From: a virus
DNA: 61,726 nucleotides
UHGV virus genome: UHGV-0342951
Direction: 5' to 3' (one strand)
In this document: piece by piece, positions 46,356 to 55,849 of the stretch
Position numbering within the stretch: position 1 is the first letter of the stretch
Layout: each line of letters starts with the position of its first letter
Position numbers and translations under genes: made by a program
Notes under the pieces: generated by a model
Database searches by the model: none
The model's input: only the letters and a program-made list of their open reading frames with translations
What the model was told of the DNA's origin: nothing

Positions 46356-48254
46356 ATGTATGATATATTAGATGTTGTGTTACTATGTCGTATGATGTCG
46401 GCACAGTACAGAATCAAGATTCAACCCGGGGTCTGCTCAACAGCGGACAAGTTCGATGCACAGGCATGGTGCCGGAAGGATAAGGACGGCTATGTCCTGC
46501 AAGTCCCCTTCTCCCCGCGCATGACTGATGAACAGTGGCGCTACCTGCGCGGTTACATCGACCACGAATGCGGGCACGTCAAGTTCACGGACTTCGAGAC
46601 CTATGCAAACATGTATAGGTCTGTCGTGGCTGACTGCCTGCAATACAAGCCAGGGGCTTCCGTCACGCTCAAAGATTTTCTCCATGATTATGCCTCTATG
46701 GTTATCAATATTCTTGAAGACGTGCGTATCGAACGTCTCATGGGTATCGACTTCCCAGGCTCCAGAACGAACCTCAATACGTTGAGCGAGTATCTGTTCA
46801 AGGACTGCTGCTCTATGAGTATGATGATGGGCAATGGTATGACCGGAAGACTTTACAGTCTCCTGTTCATGCGTGTCAGGTCGCTCATCAATCCGGCGCT
46901 GGAAGAGTCTGCACAGCTCTTGTACGATGACCTGAAGGCCGATGTTCAGGTCGAAAACTACACAGACTACACCCGTCATCTGGACGCGGTGTGGGACATC
47001 GGTGACAGCTTCGTGCAGAATTGGAATGTGGAGTGTGCTGCCCTGGAGTTCATCCGTATCGTCATCGAAGTCCTCGAAGACTATACGAACACGACAAAGG
47101 GTACCAACAACAGAAAATCTTCCGGTACTACCAGCGATTCCTCGGCTGGTGGCACTGGCGATTCTTCTGATGGTGACACCAGCGATTCCTCAGATGGTGA
47201 CACCGGCGATTCCTCGAAGGATGCGAATCCTTCGAGGAAGAAGTCTGTCACTATCAGCGCCAAGACTGTTTCCTCTATGGCGGCTGATTTGTATGACATG
47301 CAACGGGATGATAAGGGTAATATCCGTAGGCGTTTCCTGGATGCTGTGCTGGATATGACGGACTCGCTTGAGAACAACAACCAAATCTCCGATGAAGACC
47401 TGGCGTTCATGGATGCCATGTTCTCTCGTACAGCGGAGAGACTGGACACGCTGCTCGACAAGCACAAGATGGACGAACTGGCTGGTGGTAAGCGTGTGTA
47501 TATCACCGATTGCAGTCATGTACATGCGCTGAGTCCTGAGCAACGGGGCGACATGGACGTTGTGATGTACAACCTTTACGGCAGGCTTGCCGACGTGTTG
47601 CAGACCATGACCCTGGTACGACACAGCACCGGCCTGTGCGGCGCTCGCCTGGATGCGCGTGTGCTGCATCGGACATCCGTCGGGGACGGCAGGATTTTTT
47701 CCAAAAAAGTGCAGCGGTTGCGGCGTGTCACGGAAGTAGCGCTGCTGTTCGACGCCAGCGGAAGCATGCGTCTGACTGAATATGGCCAGAGCCACAACAA
47801 TGAAATGGCGCAGTGCATGGCTCTCGGTTGTCTCAAGGCACTGCGGGCTCTGCCGGGGGTCAAGTCTTCTCTGAGCGGATTCTCCAACGGAGAAATGTTC
47901 GTCATGTCTGACTATGGCGCCCCCATACATGAAGTCATCTTGTCTGCCATTGGTGGTACGCCGCTCGGGGCATCGCTTGTCGAACTCACGTCGCAGTTCT
48001 CCGACGGCCCTGACGTGCGTCGCATCATCCTGTTCTTCACCGACGGGTTCCCGGACAATGTCGGGTCTGTGACCATGGCTCTCAATCTGGCGAAGCGTTC
48101 CGGCATCGAGGTCTACGGCATCGGGCTGCAGACGAAGGCTATCCATACCTTCATGGACAGCGACCATAGCATTATCGTCAACAGTATCCACGAATTGGCG
48201 GGCGGCATGTGTGACATGCTCCGCAAGGGAATGGTGCGGGCGTATGAAGTATAA
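46356..48254 (+). CDS. vWA-domain protein (CobT-like partner of the AAA+ ATPase) with an N-terminal HExxH motif
   Basis: MIDAS motif LLFDASGSM; an acidic Ser/Asp-rich linker; GYIDHECGHVKF contains H-E-x-x-H. AAGAGG RBS. The track starts at a GTG 9 nt upstream. Confidence 0.75.
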   Translation: MYDILDVVLLCRMMSAQYRIKIQPGVCSTADKFDAQAWCRKDKDGYVLQVPFSPRMTDEQWRYLRGYIDHECGHVKFTDFETYANMYRSVVADCLQYKPGASVTLKDFLHDYASMVINILEDVRIERLMGIDFPGSRTNLNTLSEYLFKDCCSMSMMMGNGMTGRLYSLLFMRVRSLINPALEESAQLLYDDLKADVQVENYTDYTRHLDAVWDIGDSFVQNWNVECAALEFIRIVIEVLEDYTNTTKGTNNRKSSGTTSDSSAGGTGDSSDGDTSDSSDGDTGDSSKDANPSRKKSVTISAKTVSSMAADLYDMQRDDKGNIRRRFLDAVLDMTDSLENNNQISDEDLAFMDAMFSRTAERLDTLLDKHKMDELAGGKRVYITDCSHVHALSPEQRGDMDVVMYNLYGRLADVLQTMTLVRHSTGLCGARLDARVLHRTSVGDGRIFSKKVQRLRRVTEVALLFDASGSMRLTEYGQSHNNEMAQCMALGCLKALRALPGVKSSLSGFSNGEMFVMSDYGAPIHEVILSAIGGTPLGASLVELTSQFSDGPDVRRIILFFTDGFPDNVGSVTMALNLAKRSGIEVYGIGLQTKAIHTFMDSDHSIIVNSIHELAGGMCDMLRKGMVRAYEV

Positions 48255-48453
48255 CACCAACAAGGATGTGAACCGCTTCATCAAGGATATGCTCTGTCGT
48301 GGGTGGAAAATCGTCAGCCATAACAAGCATATCAAGTTGCAGCATGACAACGGCTCCATCATCAACATGGCTACCAGCAGCAAGGAAGGGAAGCTGTCGA
48401 GGAAGCTGAAGAACTTCAAAGCCACAGTGCGGAAGCTGGAGGAAAGATGTTGA
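48244..48453 (+). CDS. Small basic protein (69 aa), weakly HicA-like
   Basis: RGWKIVSHNKHIKLQHDNG resembles the GW...H..H..G core of HicA/YcfA mRNA interferases. Confidence 0.3.
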   Translation: MKYNTNKDVNRFIKDMLCRGWKIVSHNKHIKLQHDNGSIINMATSSKEGKLSRKLKNFKATVRKLEERC

Positions 48454-48662
48454 AGCAACGTTTCTGGAAACTTTTCCGGCAACATAACGATGACTTCGTC
48501 ATGGAGCGCCGTGAAATAGCGGCACGCTGGATGACTCGTGCCCGGATGGCTATGGACGATGTGTCGGATGATGAAGGTGAAGTCCTGGATGCGGCCCTCA
48601 CTGTCATGTGGAGCGGGCTTGACAGCACCTATAAAATGTTAGACAACGAGACAAATCCATAA
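48447..48662 (+). CDS. Small hypothetical protein (71 aa)
   Basis: ORF in the track. Confidence 0.35.
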   Translation: MLKQRFWKLFRQHNDDFVMERREIAARWMTRARMAMDDVSDDEGEVLDAALTVMWSGLDSTYKMLDNETNP

Positions 48663-48674
48663 GGAGGGTATAGA

Positions 48675-49292
48675 ATGAGTATCCAAGAAGACGTACAGAA
48701 CATGCCTCCCATCGAGGTCATTCTCAAAATCATCCTTCCCAAGATGAACAACCGCATCAAGGCGCTGAACGCCGCTGTCCAGGCGCTCCAGGAAGAAGTC
48801 GAAGCGCTGAAGGCTGCGGCTCCGAAGAAGCGCGCGCCGCGCAAAAAGAAGGCCGACGACGAAGCTCCGGCTCCCGCTGCCCAGCCTGCTCCGGCTCCCG
48901 CTGCCCAACCTGCTCCGGCGCCTGTGCCCCAGCCTGCTCCGGCACCTGTGCCCCAGCCTGCTCCGGCGCCCGTGCCCCAGCCGGATACTGTGACCTATCC
49001 TGCCCCTGCGCCTTCTGCCCAGTCTACGGGTACTCTGCTGTGTACCTACGACAGCGAGCAGGATGAGTTCGTGCCGCTGAATATCGAAGGGTGGCCGCTC
49101 ACTGGTAACAACGTCGGACTCGCCTTGTATGCCATGGCTACGATGCGTAACAACATCGGCGACGCTGCGACCATGTCCAATCTGCCCGAGGGATTCATCA
49201 AGTTCGTCACCGATATGACGCCCGAGCAGCGTAAGCAGGTCAACGGCAAGTTCCCTGCGCAGAATCCCGCCTATCAGGAATACTTCGTCTAA
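48675..49292 (+). CDS. Hypothetical protein (205 aa) with a (PAPAAQ/PAPVPQ)n linker
   Basis: ORF in the track; GGAGGG RBS. Confidence 0.5.
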   Translation: MSIQEDVQNMPPIEVILKIILPKMNNRIKALNAAVQALQEEVEALKAAAPKKRAPRKKKADDEAPAPAAQPAPAPAAQPAPAPVPQPAPAPVPQPAPAPVPQPDTVTYPAPAPSAQSTGTLLCTYDSEQDEFVPLNIEGWPLTGNNVGLALYAMATMRNNIGDAATMSNLPEGFIKFVTDMTPEQRKQVNGKFPAQNPAYQEYFV

Positions 49293-49339
49293 CATGTATA
49301 CGAGGGAGGGGCGAAAGCCCCTCCCGTTGGAGATGCACC

Positions 49340-51430
49340 ATGCCTGAAAGCACGCTTATCGTCATAGACTTCGAGACCTACTGGGACAGCAAGACTTACA
49401 CGCTGTCGAAGATGGGTCCCATCGAGTATGTCCGTAACGAAAAATTCACTCCGCAGCTTTGCGCCTTTACCCTGTCCAACGGCTCGTGTTGCGTGGACTG
49501 TTCCGTCGTTGAACATGAGCGTCTGCGAACGACGTTTGAAAATCTGGATACGCATGACGTTGCCTGGTGCGGGCATAACATGCATGGCTTCGACAGTCTC
49601 ATCCTGTCGGAGTTCTTCGACTTCCATCCCCAGAAAATCTACGACACCATCGCCATGATGCGATGGACAGGCTTGTCCCGTGTGTGTCGTGAGAGCCATG
49701 CCGCTCTCACCGAGTTCCTCGGCAACGGCAACAAGGCTGCCGGTACCGTCGTCAGTGACCACAAGCAATGGCCGGACGACTTCACGCCGGAAGAGCGGGC
49801 GTTCTTCATCCAATACTGCAAAGACGACGCCGGACAATGCTACCAAAACGCGCAGGACATGCTGCCTTACATGACGCCTGATGCTCTGCGCTTCATGTCC
49901 ATCACGGCGCGCATGGCTACCGAACCTTCGTTCGTGCTCGATGAAGACCTGCTGCTGGAATACCTGTCCGACCTCGACAATGCTGCGGACAAAGCTCGAC
50001 AAGAACTGATGTCCATGTTCTCGTTCCAAACCAACGCAGACATGCTGGCTGCGCTGCGTTCGGCGGACAAGTTCGCTGTCATGTTGCGCTCTTTGGGTGT
50101 CGAACCTCCGCTCAAAGAGAGCGCGGCAAAGACCAAGACCAAGAGGGAAAAGCTCCAGCTCGCTGCGGATGCTGGGGTTCCTGGAGCTGCTGAAGAGCTG
50201 GAGAATATGCAGCCTGTGATGACCTATGCCTTCAGCAAGACTGACGTGGACTTCGTCCTCATGCAAGACCATCCCGACCCTCGTGTTGCGCTGCTCGTGC
50301 GCACCAGGTTGCAGCTCAACAGCAGCATCGACCGGAGCCGTGCTGAGACCTTGCTCAAGTTTGCCCGGATGCATAAGCCCCTGCCCATCATGCTCGGGGC
50401 GTGGCTGGCGCATACGGGACGGTATTCCGCCGGTGCCTCTGCCGACGCCGGGACGAAGACCGACAAGCTCCAGTTCCAGAACCTGAGCAAGCGGGACCCT
50501 TCCAAGCGCAAGCTCAGGCAAGCCATCAAGGTCCCGAAGGGCAAGGTCGTCGTGGCCTGCGACTCTTCCCAGATTGAAGCGCGTGGGCTGGCCTTCGTGG
50601 CCAACGAGGTCGGGCTGCTCACACAGTTCCGTGAAGGCCGTGACCCGTATTCGGAACTGGCCGAGACCATCTTCGGTGTGCCGTGGCAGGACATCAAGGC
50701 CGGGGCCAAGTCAGGCGACAAGACGATGGAGATGTACCGTAACACTGGGAAGACCGGTATCCTGTCGTGCGGGTATGGCGTCGGCTATGTGAAATACAGC
50801 AACACGCTGCTTCGGCAGGGAATCCACCTGCACGAAGACCTCGACCGTCACCATGAGCTGGCCCGTTATGCCCACGGCATCTATCGGGCTGCACATCCCA
50901 ACATCGTCGCCTTCTGGAAGACGGCGGAGAATGTTCTGGAGGCCATGCTGCGTGGTGAATCCGGTACCTTCGGCGGTCCCAACAACGATATCTATACCTT
51001 CGGCATCATGCCGGTGGGCCCCAGGACTGACCTGTGTGTGCCGTCTGTCCGGTTCCCGAGCGGTTACATCCTGCGCTACCCTGGCCTGCGTGCCGAGCGT
51101 AACGACCGGGGAAAGTGGCAGTTCCTCTACGATACTTACAAGGGTGCTTCCAAAATTCCTACCCATATTTATGGGGGGGCGTTTACAAATAATCTTGTCC
51201 AGGGTCTTTCCTTCGTTGACGTTATTATGTATCAAGGTTGTCGGATGGATGAGGCCGGAATCAAGCTGGCCTGCAACATCCACGACGCCTGGGCATCTGT
51301 CGTGCCGGAAGAGCAGGGCGATTATGTGAAGCAGCAGATGCTCCACTACATGTCCATAGTCCCGCCTGCTCTCAATGGTTTGCCTGTGGCGTGTGAAGCG
51401 AAGATAGGGACGACCTTTGAAATAGTCTAG
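49340..51430 (+). CDS. DNA polymerase, family A (Pol I-like) with a 3'-5' exonuclease domain
   Basis: Exo I motif VIDFETY; motif A DSSQIEARGLA; motif B RNTGKTGILSCGYGVGY; motif C HDAW. 696 aa. Confidence 0.85.
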   Translation: MPESTLIVIDFETYWDSKTYTLSKMGPIEYVRNEKFTPQLCAFTLSNGSCCVDCSVVEHERLRTTFENLDTHDVAWCGHNMHGFDSLILSEFFDFHPQKIYDTIAMMRWTGLSRVCRESHAALTEFLGNGNKAAGTVVSDHKQWPDDFTPEERAFFIQYCKDDAGQCYQNAQDMLPYMTPDALRFMSITARMATEPSFVLDEDLLLEYLSDLDNAADKARQELMSMFSFQTNADMLAALRSADKFAVMLRSLGVEPPLKESAAKTKTKREKLQLAADAGVPGAAEELENMQPVMTYAFSKTDVDFVLMQDHPDPRVALLVRTRLQLNSSIDRSRAETLLKFARMHKPLPIMLGAWLAHTGRYSAGASADAGTKTDKLQFQNLSKRDPSKRKLRQAIKVPKGKVVVACDSSQIEARGLAFVANEVGLLTQFREGRDPYSELAETIFGVPWQDIKAGAKSGDKTMEMYRNTGKTGILSCGYGVGYVKYSNTLLRQGIHLHEDLDRHHELARYAHGIYRAAHPNIVAFWKTAENVLEAMLRGESGTFGGPNNDIYTFGIMPVGPRTDLCVPSVRFPSGYILRYPGLRAERNDRGKWQFLYDTYKGASKIPTHIYGGAFTNNLVQGLSFVDVIMYQGCRMDEAGIKLACNIHDAWASVVPEEQGDYVKQQMLHYMSIVPPALNGLPVACEAKIGTTFEIV

Positions 51431-51441
51431 GAGGACAGCAC

Positions 51442-52128
51442 ATGCCTTTCGTTTACTCCCCGAGCAATATGCAGACCTTCAGGGATTGCCCGTTGCGGTT
51501 CTGGGGGCAGTCCATAAGCAAGGAAATCAAATGGAAAGCCAGCGGTTCCAAGTCCCGTGGGCAGACCATACATACCGCCATCCAGCGCAGGCTCCATTAC
51601 GGCTGGAGTGATGATGTTTCCTGGGACGCTACCATCGACGTGGACTTCGTTCGTGATTGCGTCGGGGAAGTTCGTCGGCTCATGTCGCAGGGGGCTTCCT
51701 TGTATACCGAACACGAGCTTGTGCTGAACGCGAACGGCAGCAAGACCGGCTGGTGGGATGACGATGCGCGTATCAGGGCCCGGGCGGATGCCTTGGTCCT
51801 CCCTGCCGATGCAGCAGAACCCGCCCTGCTTATCGACATCAAGACTGGGAAGAAGTGGGATATCGACGACTTCCAGCTCAGGGTCGAATGCCTGCTCACG
51901 CACATCCTGTATCAGCGTGCGGTGGTTCGCTACGCCTATTGGTATGTGGACAGCGGCGAAGAAGTCGACGGCATCATCGACTTCCGCAACGGCCTGGCCC
52001 CGGTACAGGATGTCCTGGAGCTGCTTGGAACCATGGAGCAGGCGCTCAAGAACAATCATTTCTCGCCTACGGCCAATAAGTTCTGTCGCTGGTGCGACTT
52101 CAACAATACCCCCAAATGCATGAGGTAA
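51442..52128 (+). CDS. PD-(D/E)xK nuclease, Cas4/RecB-like, with a C-terminal Cys cluster
   Basis: ALLIDIKTGKK is motif III (D-x-K); C-terminal CRWCDF...PKC. Confidence 0.65.
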   Translation: MPFVYSPSNMQTFRDCPLRFWGQSISKEIKWKASGSKSRGQTIHTAIQRRLHYGWSDDVSWDATIDVDFVRDCVGEVRRLMSQGASLYTEHELVLNANGSKTGWWDDDARIRARADALVLPADAAEPALLIDIKTGKKWDIDDFQLRVECLLTHILYQRAVVRYAYWYVDSGEEVDGIIDFRNGLAPVQDVLELLGTMEQALKNNHFSPTANKFCRWCDFNNTPKCMR

Positions 52129-52131
52129 ACT

Positions 52132-52590
52132 ATGGGACGCGAAAAGTTCAAGCCGCGCACTCGGGTGCATGAAAGCTGGAATATGAATAACAGCGGTGAT
52201 GTATACAACGCCATCTGTCGCATGGCGCAGAGCGGTAGTAATCAGGAGTTGGTCGGCAAGCATATCGGGTTGAAATTCCCCGCACAGATGGAATGTGAGC
52301 TGTTTCTGGAACGGGGCGGCAGACTTGTGACGTTAAACATCACACCTGTGATGGATGAAACCCGGTACATCATCGACGCTCTCGGCTACGATATGCGTTG
52401 CCCTGATGTCGTGCTCACCGCGTCTGACCGTTACGGGTACGTCACGGCCTACATCATCTATGCCCATGCTGACGACGACATCGTCGGGTCTACCACGTTC
52501 AACATCGACGACCTGATTGCCGTACAGTTCAAAGTCTTCAAATACAATAAGAATGATTCCCGCCATTGGTACGAGAGGCTGTTCTCGTGA
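52132..52590 (+). CDS. Hypothetical protein (152 aa)
   Basis: ORF in the track. Confidence 0.5.
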   Translation: MGREKFKPRTRVHESWNMNNSGDVYNAICRMAQSGSNQELVGKHIGLKFPAQMECELFLERGGRLVTLNITPVMDETRYIIDALGYDMRCPDVVLTASDRYGYVTAYIIYAHADDDIVGSTTFNIDDLIAVQFKVFKYNKNDSRHWYERLFS

Positions 52591-52874
52591 CACCCGAAGG
52601 AAAGGTGAAAGCGAGGGTCAAAAGCATCCTCACCAGCCTTGGGGCATGGTACGCTATGCCCCTGGGAACAGCATTCGGAAAGCGCGGCGTCCCTGATTTT
52701 CTTGTCTGCCATAAAGGGAAGTTCTTTTCCATCGAGACGAAAGCAGGCAGGGGAAAGACCACGGCATTGCAGGAGTATGAGATGGCCCGCATACGGGAGG
52801 CTGGAGGGGTCACGCTCATCATCAACGAACACAATGTAGAAAGTCTCCCGGAATACATGGAGGAATTAGTATGA
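52566..52874 (+). CDS. VRR-NUC domain nuclease (about 100 aa)
   Basis: GVPDFLVCHKGKFFSIETKAG is a PD-x(n)-E-x-K core typical of VRR-NUC. Confidence 0.55.
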   Translation: MVREAVLVTPEGKVKARVKSILTSLGAWYAMPLGTAFGKRGVPDFLVCHKGKFFSIETKAGRGKTTALQEYEMARIREAGGVTLIINEHNVESLPEYMEELV

Positions 52875-53473
52875 TTGACACGTCCAAAACCTTGCAGCAG
52901 CTCGCTGTAGAATACGGCATCCCGCCACGAATCATCATGGCCAGGTTGCGTAACGAGAAATCCATCGAAGAAAGTTTCACCACGCCGCATATGGCGAGTG
53001 CGACATATACGGCCCCTGACGGGCGCAGTGTGACGAACCTGCGAGAGCTGGCGCGTGCGCACGGTATCAAATACATAACGCTTCGCAACCGGCTGGCGTC
53101 AGGCTGGTCCATGGAAGATGCGTTGAAGATGCCGAGAAAGGCCCAGTCCGTGGACCTCGACAAGCGTTATGGTATGCCCATCACGGAATGGCTCAAGCAG
53201 TCCGGCATCACCAAGGCGCAGTTCAACAGTCGTATCTCTCGCGGATGGGACCCGGAGCGTGCCGCCCGGCAGGGCAAGAGCTTTGAAGCTGCTGTCCTGT
53301 ATCGTTTCCCTGACGCCGACATCGAGACCGTACTGTCCACCATGGCGGAACACGGCATCTCCGCGCAGGCTGTCCGCAAGCGTATGGCGGAAGGCTGGCC
53401 TCTGGAGAAGTGCATCACCGTCCCTGCCGTCCTGCCGCTGGCCAAGGTCCATGCCGCTGTGCCGAAGGAGTAA
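52871..53473 (+). CDS. Hypothetical protein (200 aa) built from four about 40-aa internal repeats (GI..xxRxRxxxGWxxExA)
   Basis: Repeats LAVEYGIPPRIIMARLRNE, LARAHGIKYITLRNRLASGWSMEDAL, LKQSGITKAQFNSRISRGWDPERAA and MAEHGISAQAVRKRMAEGWPLEKCI. Confidence 0.5.
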   Translation: MIDTSKTLQQLAVEYGIPPRIIMARLRNEKSIEESFTTPHMASATYTAPDGRSVTNLRELARAHGIKYITLRNRLASGWSMEDALKMPRKAQSVDLDKRYGMPITEWLKQSGITKAQFNSRISRGWDPERAARQGKSFEAAVLYRFPDADIETVLSTMAEHGISAQAVRKRMAEGWPLEKCITVPAVLPLAKVHAAVPKE

Positions 53474-53480
53474 CAGCACC

Positions 53481-55130
53481 ATGTTCAAGTTCGGCAACAA
53501 CGTCGTCGTTTTCCCGGAGGAAGGTCAGATGGTGGCCGAGGTGACTGACCCTGTGAGCGTAGCTCACATGAAAAAACTCAACACCATCTCGACCTTCCCC
53601 GTAGTGATGATGGACAGGCCCGGCGGAGCATTGCTTGTCAAGCTTCCCTGGACGGAGGAAGGCTGTCGTATCCTGCAAAACGTAGGTATCGACACCGTAG
53701 GTGCGTCGCCCATGTATCATGCCACGGATACGCCTCTTGTCGAGGGAAAGTTCACGCCGCTCAAGCACCAGTTGCTCACCGCTGCCTTCCTAACTTTATA
53801 TGACAAGAGTTATGTATTGTCTGAACCCAGGCTGGGCAAGACAGGCAGCATCATCCTGGCCATGGACTATCTCCAGCGGCATCGGGCATTGACCGGCGGC
53901 GTCCTCATCATCACGACATATACCACCATCCACAGTGTTTGGGCCAACGGTATCAAAGAGACGCTCCCCAACGCCATAGTGCAGATAGTACACGGCCCTA
54001 CGCGTGCCGCCGACCTGCGGCGCCCGGCTGACTTTTACGTCACCAATTACGAGTCGGTACGTCTCGACGACAAAGCCTTTCAGGAAGCCGTCAGGGATGC
54101 CCGTATCGGTGCCGTCATCATCGACGAACTGACACATCTCGGGAACCCAGAGAGCAAACGCAGCAAGGCCATCCAGAAGTTGTGCCAGCGCGTGCGTACA
54201 GACTTGCGCGTCGTCGGCATAACCGGGTCTCCCGCTGATGACCCAGAAGCTGTGTACGGCATGGTAAAATGCGTCACGCCGACGCGCCTGCCTGTGACGA
54301 CCAAGACGGCATGGAGAGACCTCGTGATGTTCAAATGGGGCGCTCTGCCGTGGCAGAAGGACACGCGGGCCAGTGCGAGCCAGACCATATTCAACACGAT
54401 GCAGCCAGCAATCAGGTTCAAGAAATCCGAAGTCCTCGACTTGCCGCCCGTCACAGAACAGGTGCGGAGTTGTGAACTCACCAGGGAACAGGAGCAGCAT
54501 CGTGACAAGCTGCGTGTGGATGCGCTGACCATCATGGCCAATGGTGAAGTCATCACGGCAGCCAATGGCGGGGTACTTCTCCAGCGTCTCATGCAGATAT
54601 ATCTCGGAGTCATCAAGGGTGGTGACGGCAAGGCCATCGAACTCGACCATGCTCCGAGGACGCAGGTGATACTCGATGCCATTGCCGAGACGAATCGCAA
54701 GGTCGTCGTCTTCTGTTCCTACATCGCCGGTGTGCGTATGCTCACCAAAGAGATTGAGGCCGCAGGGTACACGACGGCATTCATAGACGGTAGCGTCACA
54801 GGTCAAAAACGTGCCGCCATCCTGTCGGACTTTCAGAACACCAAAGACCCCCATGTGCTGGTCTGTCATCCGACGACGGTAGGTTTCGGCACCGAGCTGT
54901 CGGCGGCAGACACCATGATATTCGCGAACCCGTTGCTGCTCGGGGGCTTTGCCTACACGCAGGCCCTGGAACGACTGAGTTCCGTGCGGCAGAAGGCAGA
55001 CAACATCAACATCATCCATATCGTCGCCTCACAAGATGAACGCCGCATACTGCGCAGGCTCCAGGCGGGACACTCGGAAGCCATGGACATCGCCGGGCTG
55101 TTTGAGGCTTTCGTCAAAGGAAATGATTGA
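53481..55130 (+). CDS. SNF2-family (SF2) helicase (about 549 aa; start at MFKFGNN)
   Basis: Motif I SEPRLGKTGS; motif II VIIDELTHLGN (DExH); C-terminal helicase domain. The upstream part of the ORF in the track overlaps the previous gene in another frame. Confidence 0.8.
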   Translation: MFKFGNNVVVFPEEGQMVAEVTDPVSVAHMKKLNTISTFPVVMMDRPGGALLVKLPWTEEGCRILQNVGIDTVGASPMYHATDTPLVEGKFTPLKHQLLTAAFLTLYDKSYVLSEPRLGKTGSIILAMDYLQRHRALTGGVLIITTYTTIHSVWANGIKETLPNAIVQIVHGPTRAADLRRPADFYVTNYESVRLDDKAFQEAVRDARIGAVIIDELTHLGNPESKRSKAIQKLCQRVRTDLRVVGITGSPADDPEAVYGMVKCVTPTRLPVTTKTAWRDLVMFKWGALPWQKDTRASASQTIFNTMQPAIRFKKSEVLDLPPVTEQVRSCELTREQEQHRDKLRVDALTIMANGEVITAANGGVLLQRLMQIYLGVIKGGDGKAIELDHAPRTQVILDAIAETNRKVVVFCSYIAGVRMLTKEIEAAGYTTAFIDGSVTGQKRAAILSDFQNTKDPHVLVCHPTTVGFGTELSAADTMIFANPLLLGGFAYTQALERLSSVRQKADNINIIHIVASQDERRILRRLQAGHSEAMDIAGLFEAFVKGND

Positions 55131-55173
55131 CAACAGACCTGTATAGATATATCCATTTTATGGAGACAGCACC

Positions 55174-55473
55174 ATGAGAGTAAAATCACAGGAACTTATC
55201 GACTATCTGCGGGGTGTCCTGCCGCCTTTCTTCGCCCGCAAAGATGTCGAGAAATTTACCCAGGGCATCATCACACGCAGGCAACTGGAGATGATGGATT
55301 ACAGAGGCACCGGTCCTGTTTGCACTAAAATGCGTACCAGGATTTACTACAAGAAAGAGGACTTCATCGCATGGCTTGAACGCGCCGAAGGAGAGTACCG
55401 TGTCGAAGACTATACGCAATATGGCGTCCGAATTGTCCGAAATTCGGGCGAAGAAGAAGTCTCTCCAAGATAG
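55174..55473 (+). CDS. AlpA/excisionase-like HTH DNA-binding protein (99 aa)
   Basis: FFARKDVEKFTQGIITRRQLEMMDYRGTGPVCTKMRTRIYYKKEDFIAWLE follows the AlpA-type pattern (SRSTI-like turn ... W...DI..WI). Confidence 0.5.
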   Translation: MRVKSQELIDYLRGVLPPFFARKDVEKFTQGIITRRQLEMMDYRGTGPVCTKMRTRIYYKKEDFIAWLERAEGEYRVEDYTQYGVRIVRNSGEEEVSPR

Positions 55474-55849
55474 TCTCGCCGACATCATGGAGCAGGAAAA
55501 GGAACTTGAACGCAGTATCCTTCTGGAACTCGCTGCTGCCGGGTCGTCGTCCATGAAGATAGATGGTGTGGGCCGTCTTGTGGTCAAGGAAAAGGTCCGT
55601 TACGAGATAGCGGACAAGGAAGCTCTGGCTTACGCCGTGCTGCGTGGCATGGTCGAGAATGCCGAACAGGGCTTTGCTTTGAGTGACGGTCTGCTGTTGC
55701 AGCAGCGCGTCGCTGCACGCAACTTTGAAGAACGCGCCGAGCGTGCCGGTCTTGAAGGCGAAGCCTTTGATAACTACATCGTGTCATGCGGCCTTCGCCG
55801 TGTGGCAGAACCCTCCCTCAATTTCACCAAGGAGAAGAACCATGAGTGA
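55421..55849 (+). CDS. Hypothetical coiled-coil protein (about 142 aa; start uncertain)
   Basis: Out-of-frame overlap with the HTH gene; no clear RBS. Confidence 0.35.
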   Translation: MASELSEIRAKKKSLQDSLADIMEQEKELERSILLELAAAGSSSMKIDGVGRLVVKEKVRYEIADKEALAYAVLRGMVENAEQGFALSDGLLLQQRVAARNFEERAERAGLEGEAFDNYIVSCGLRRVAEPSLNFTKEKNHE

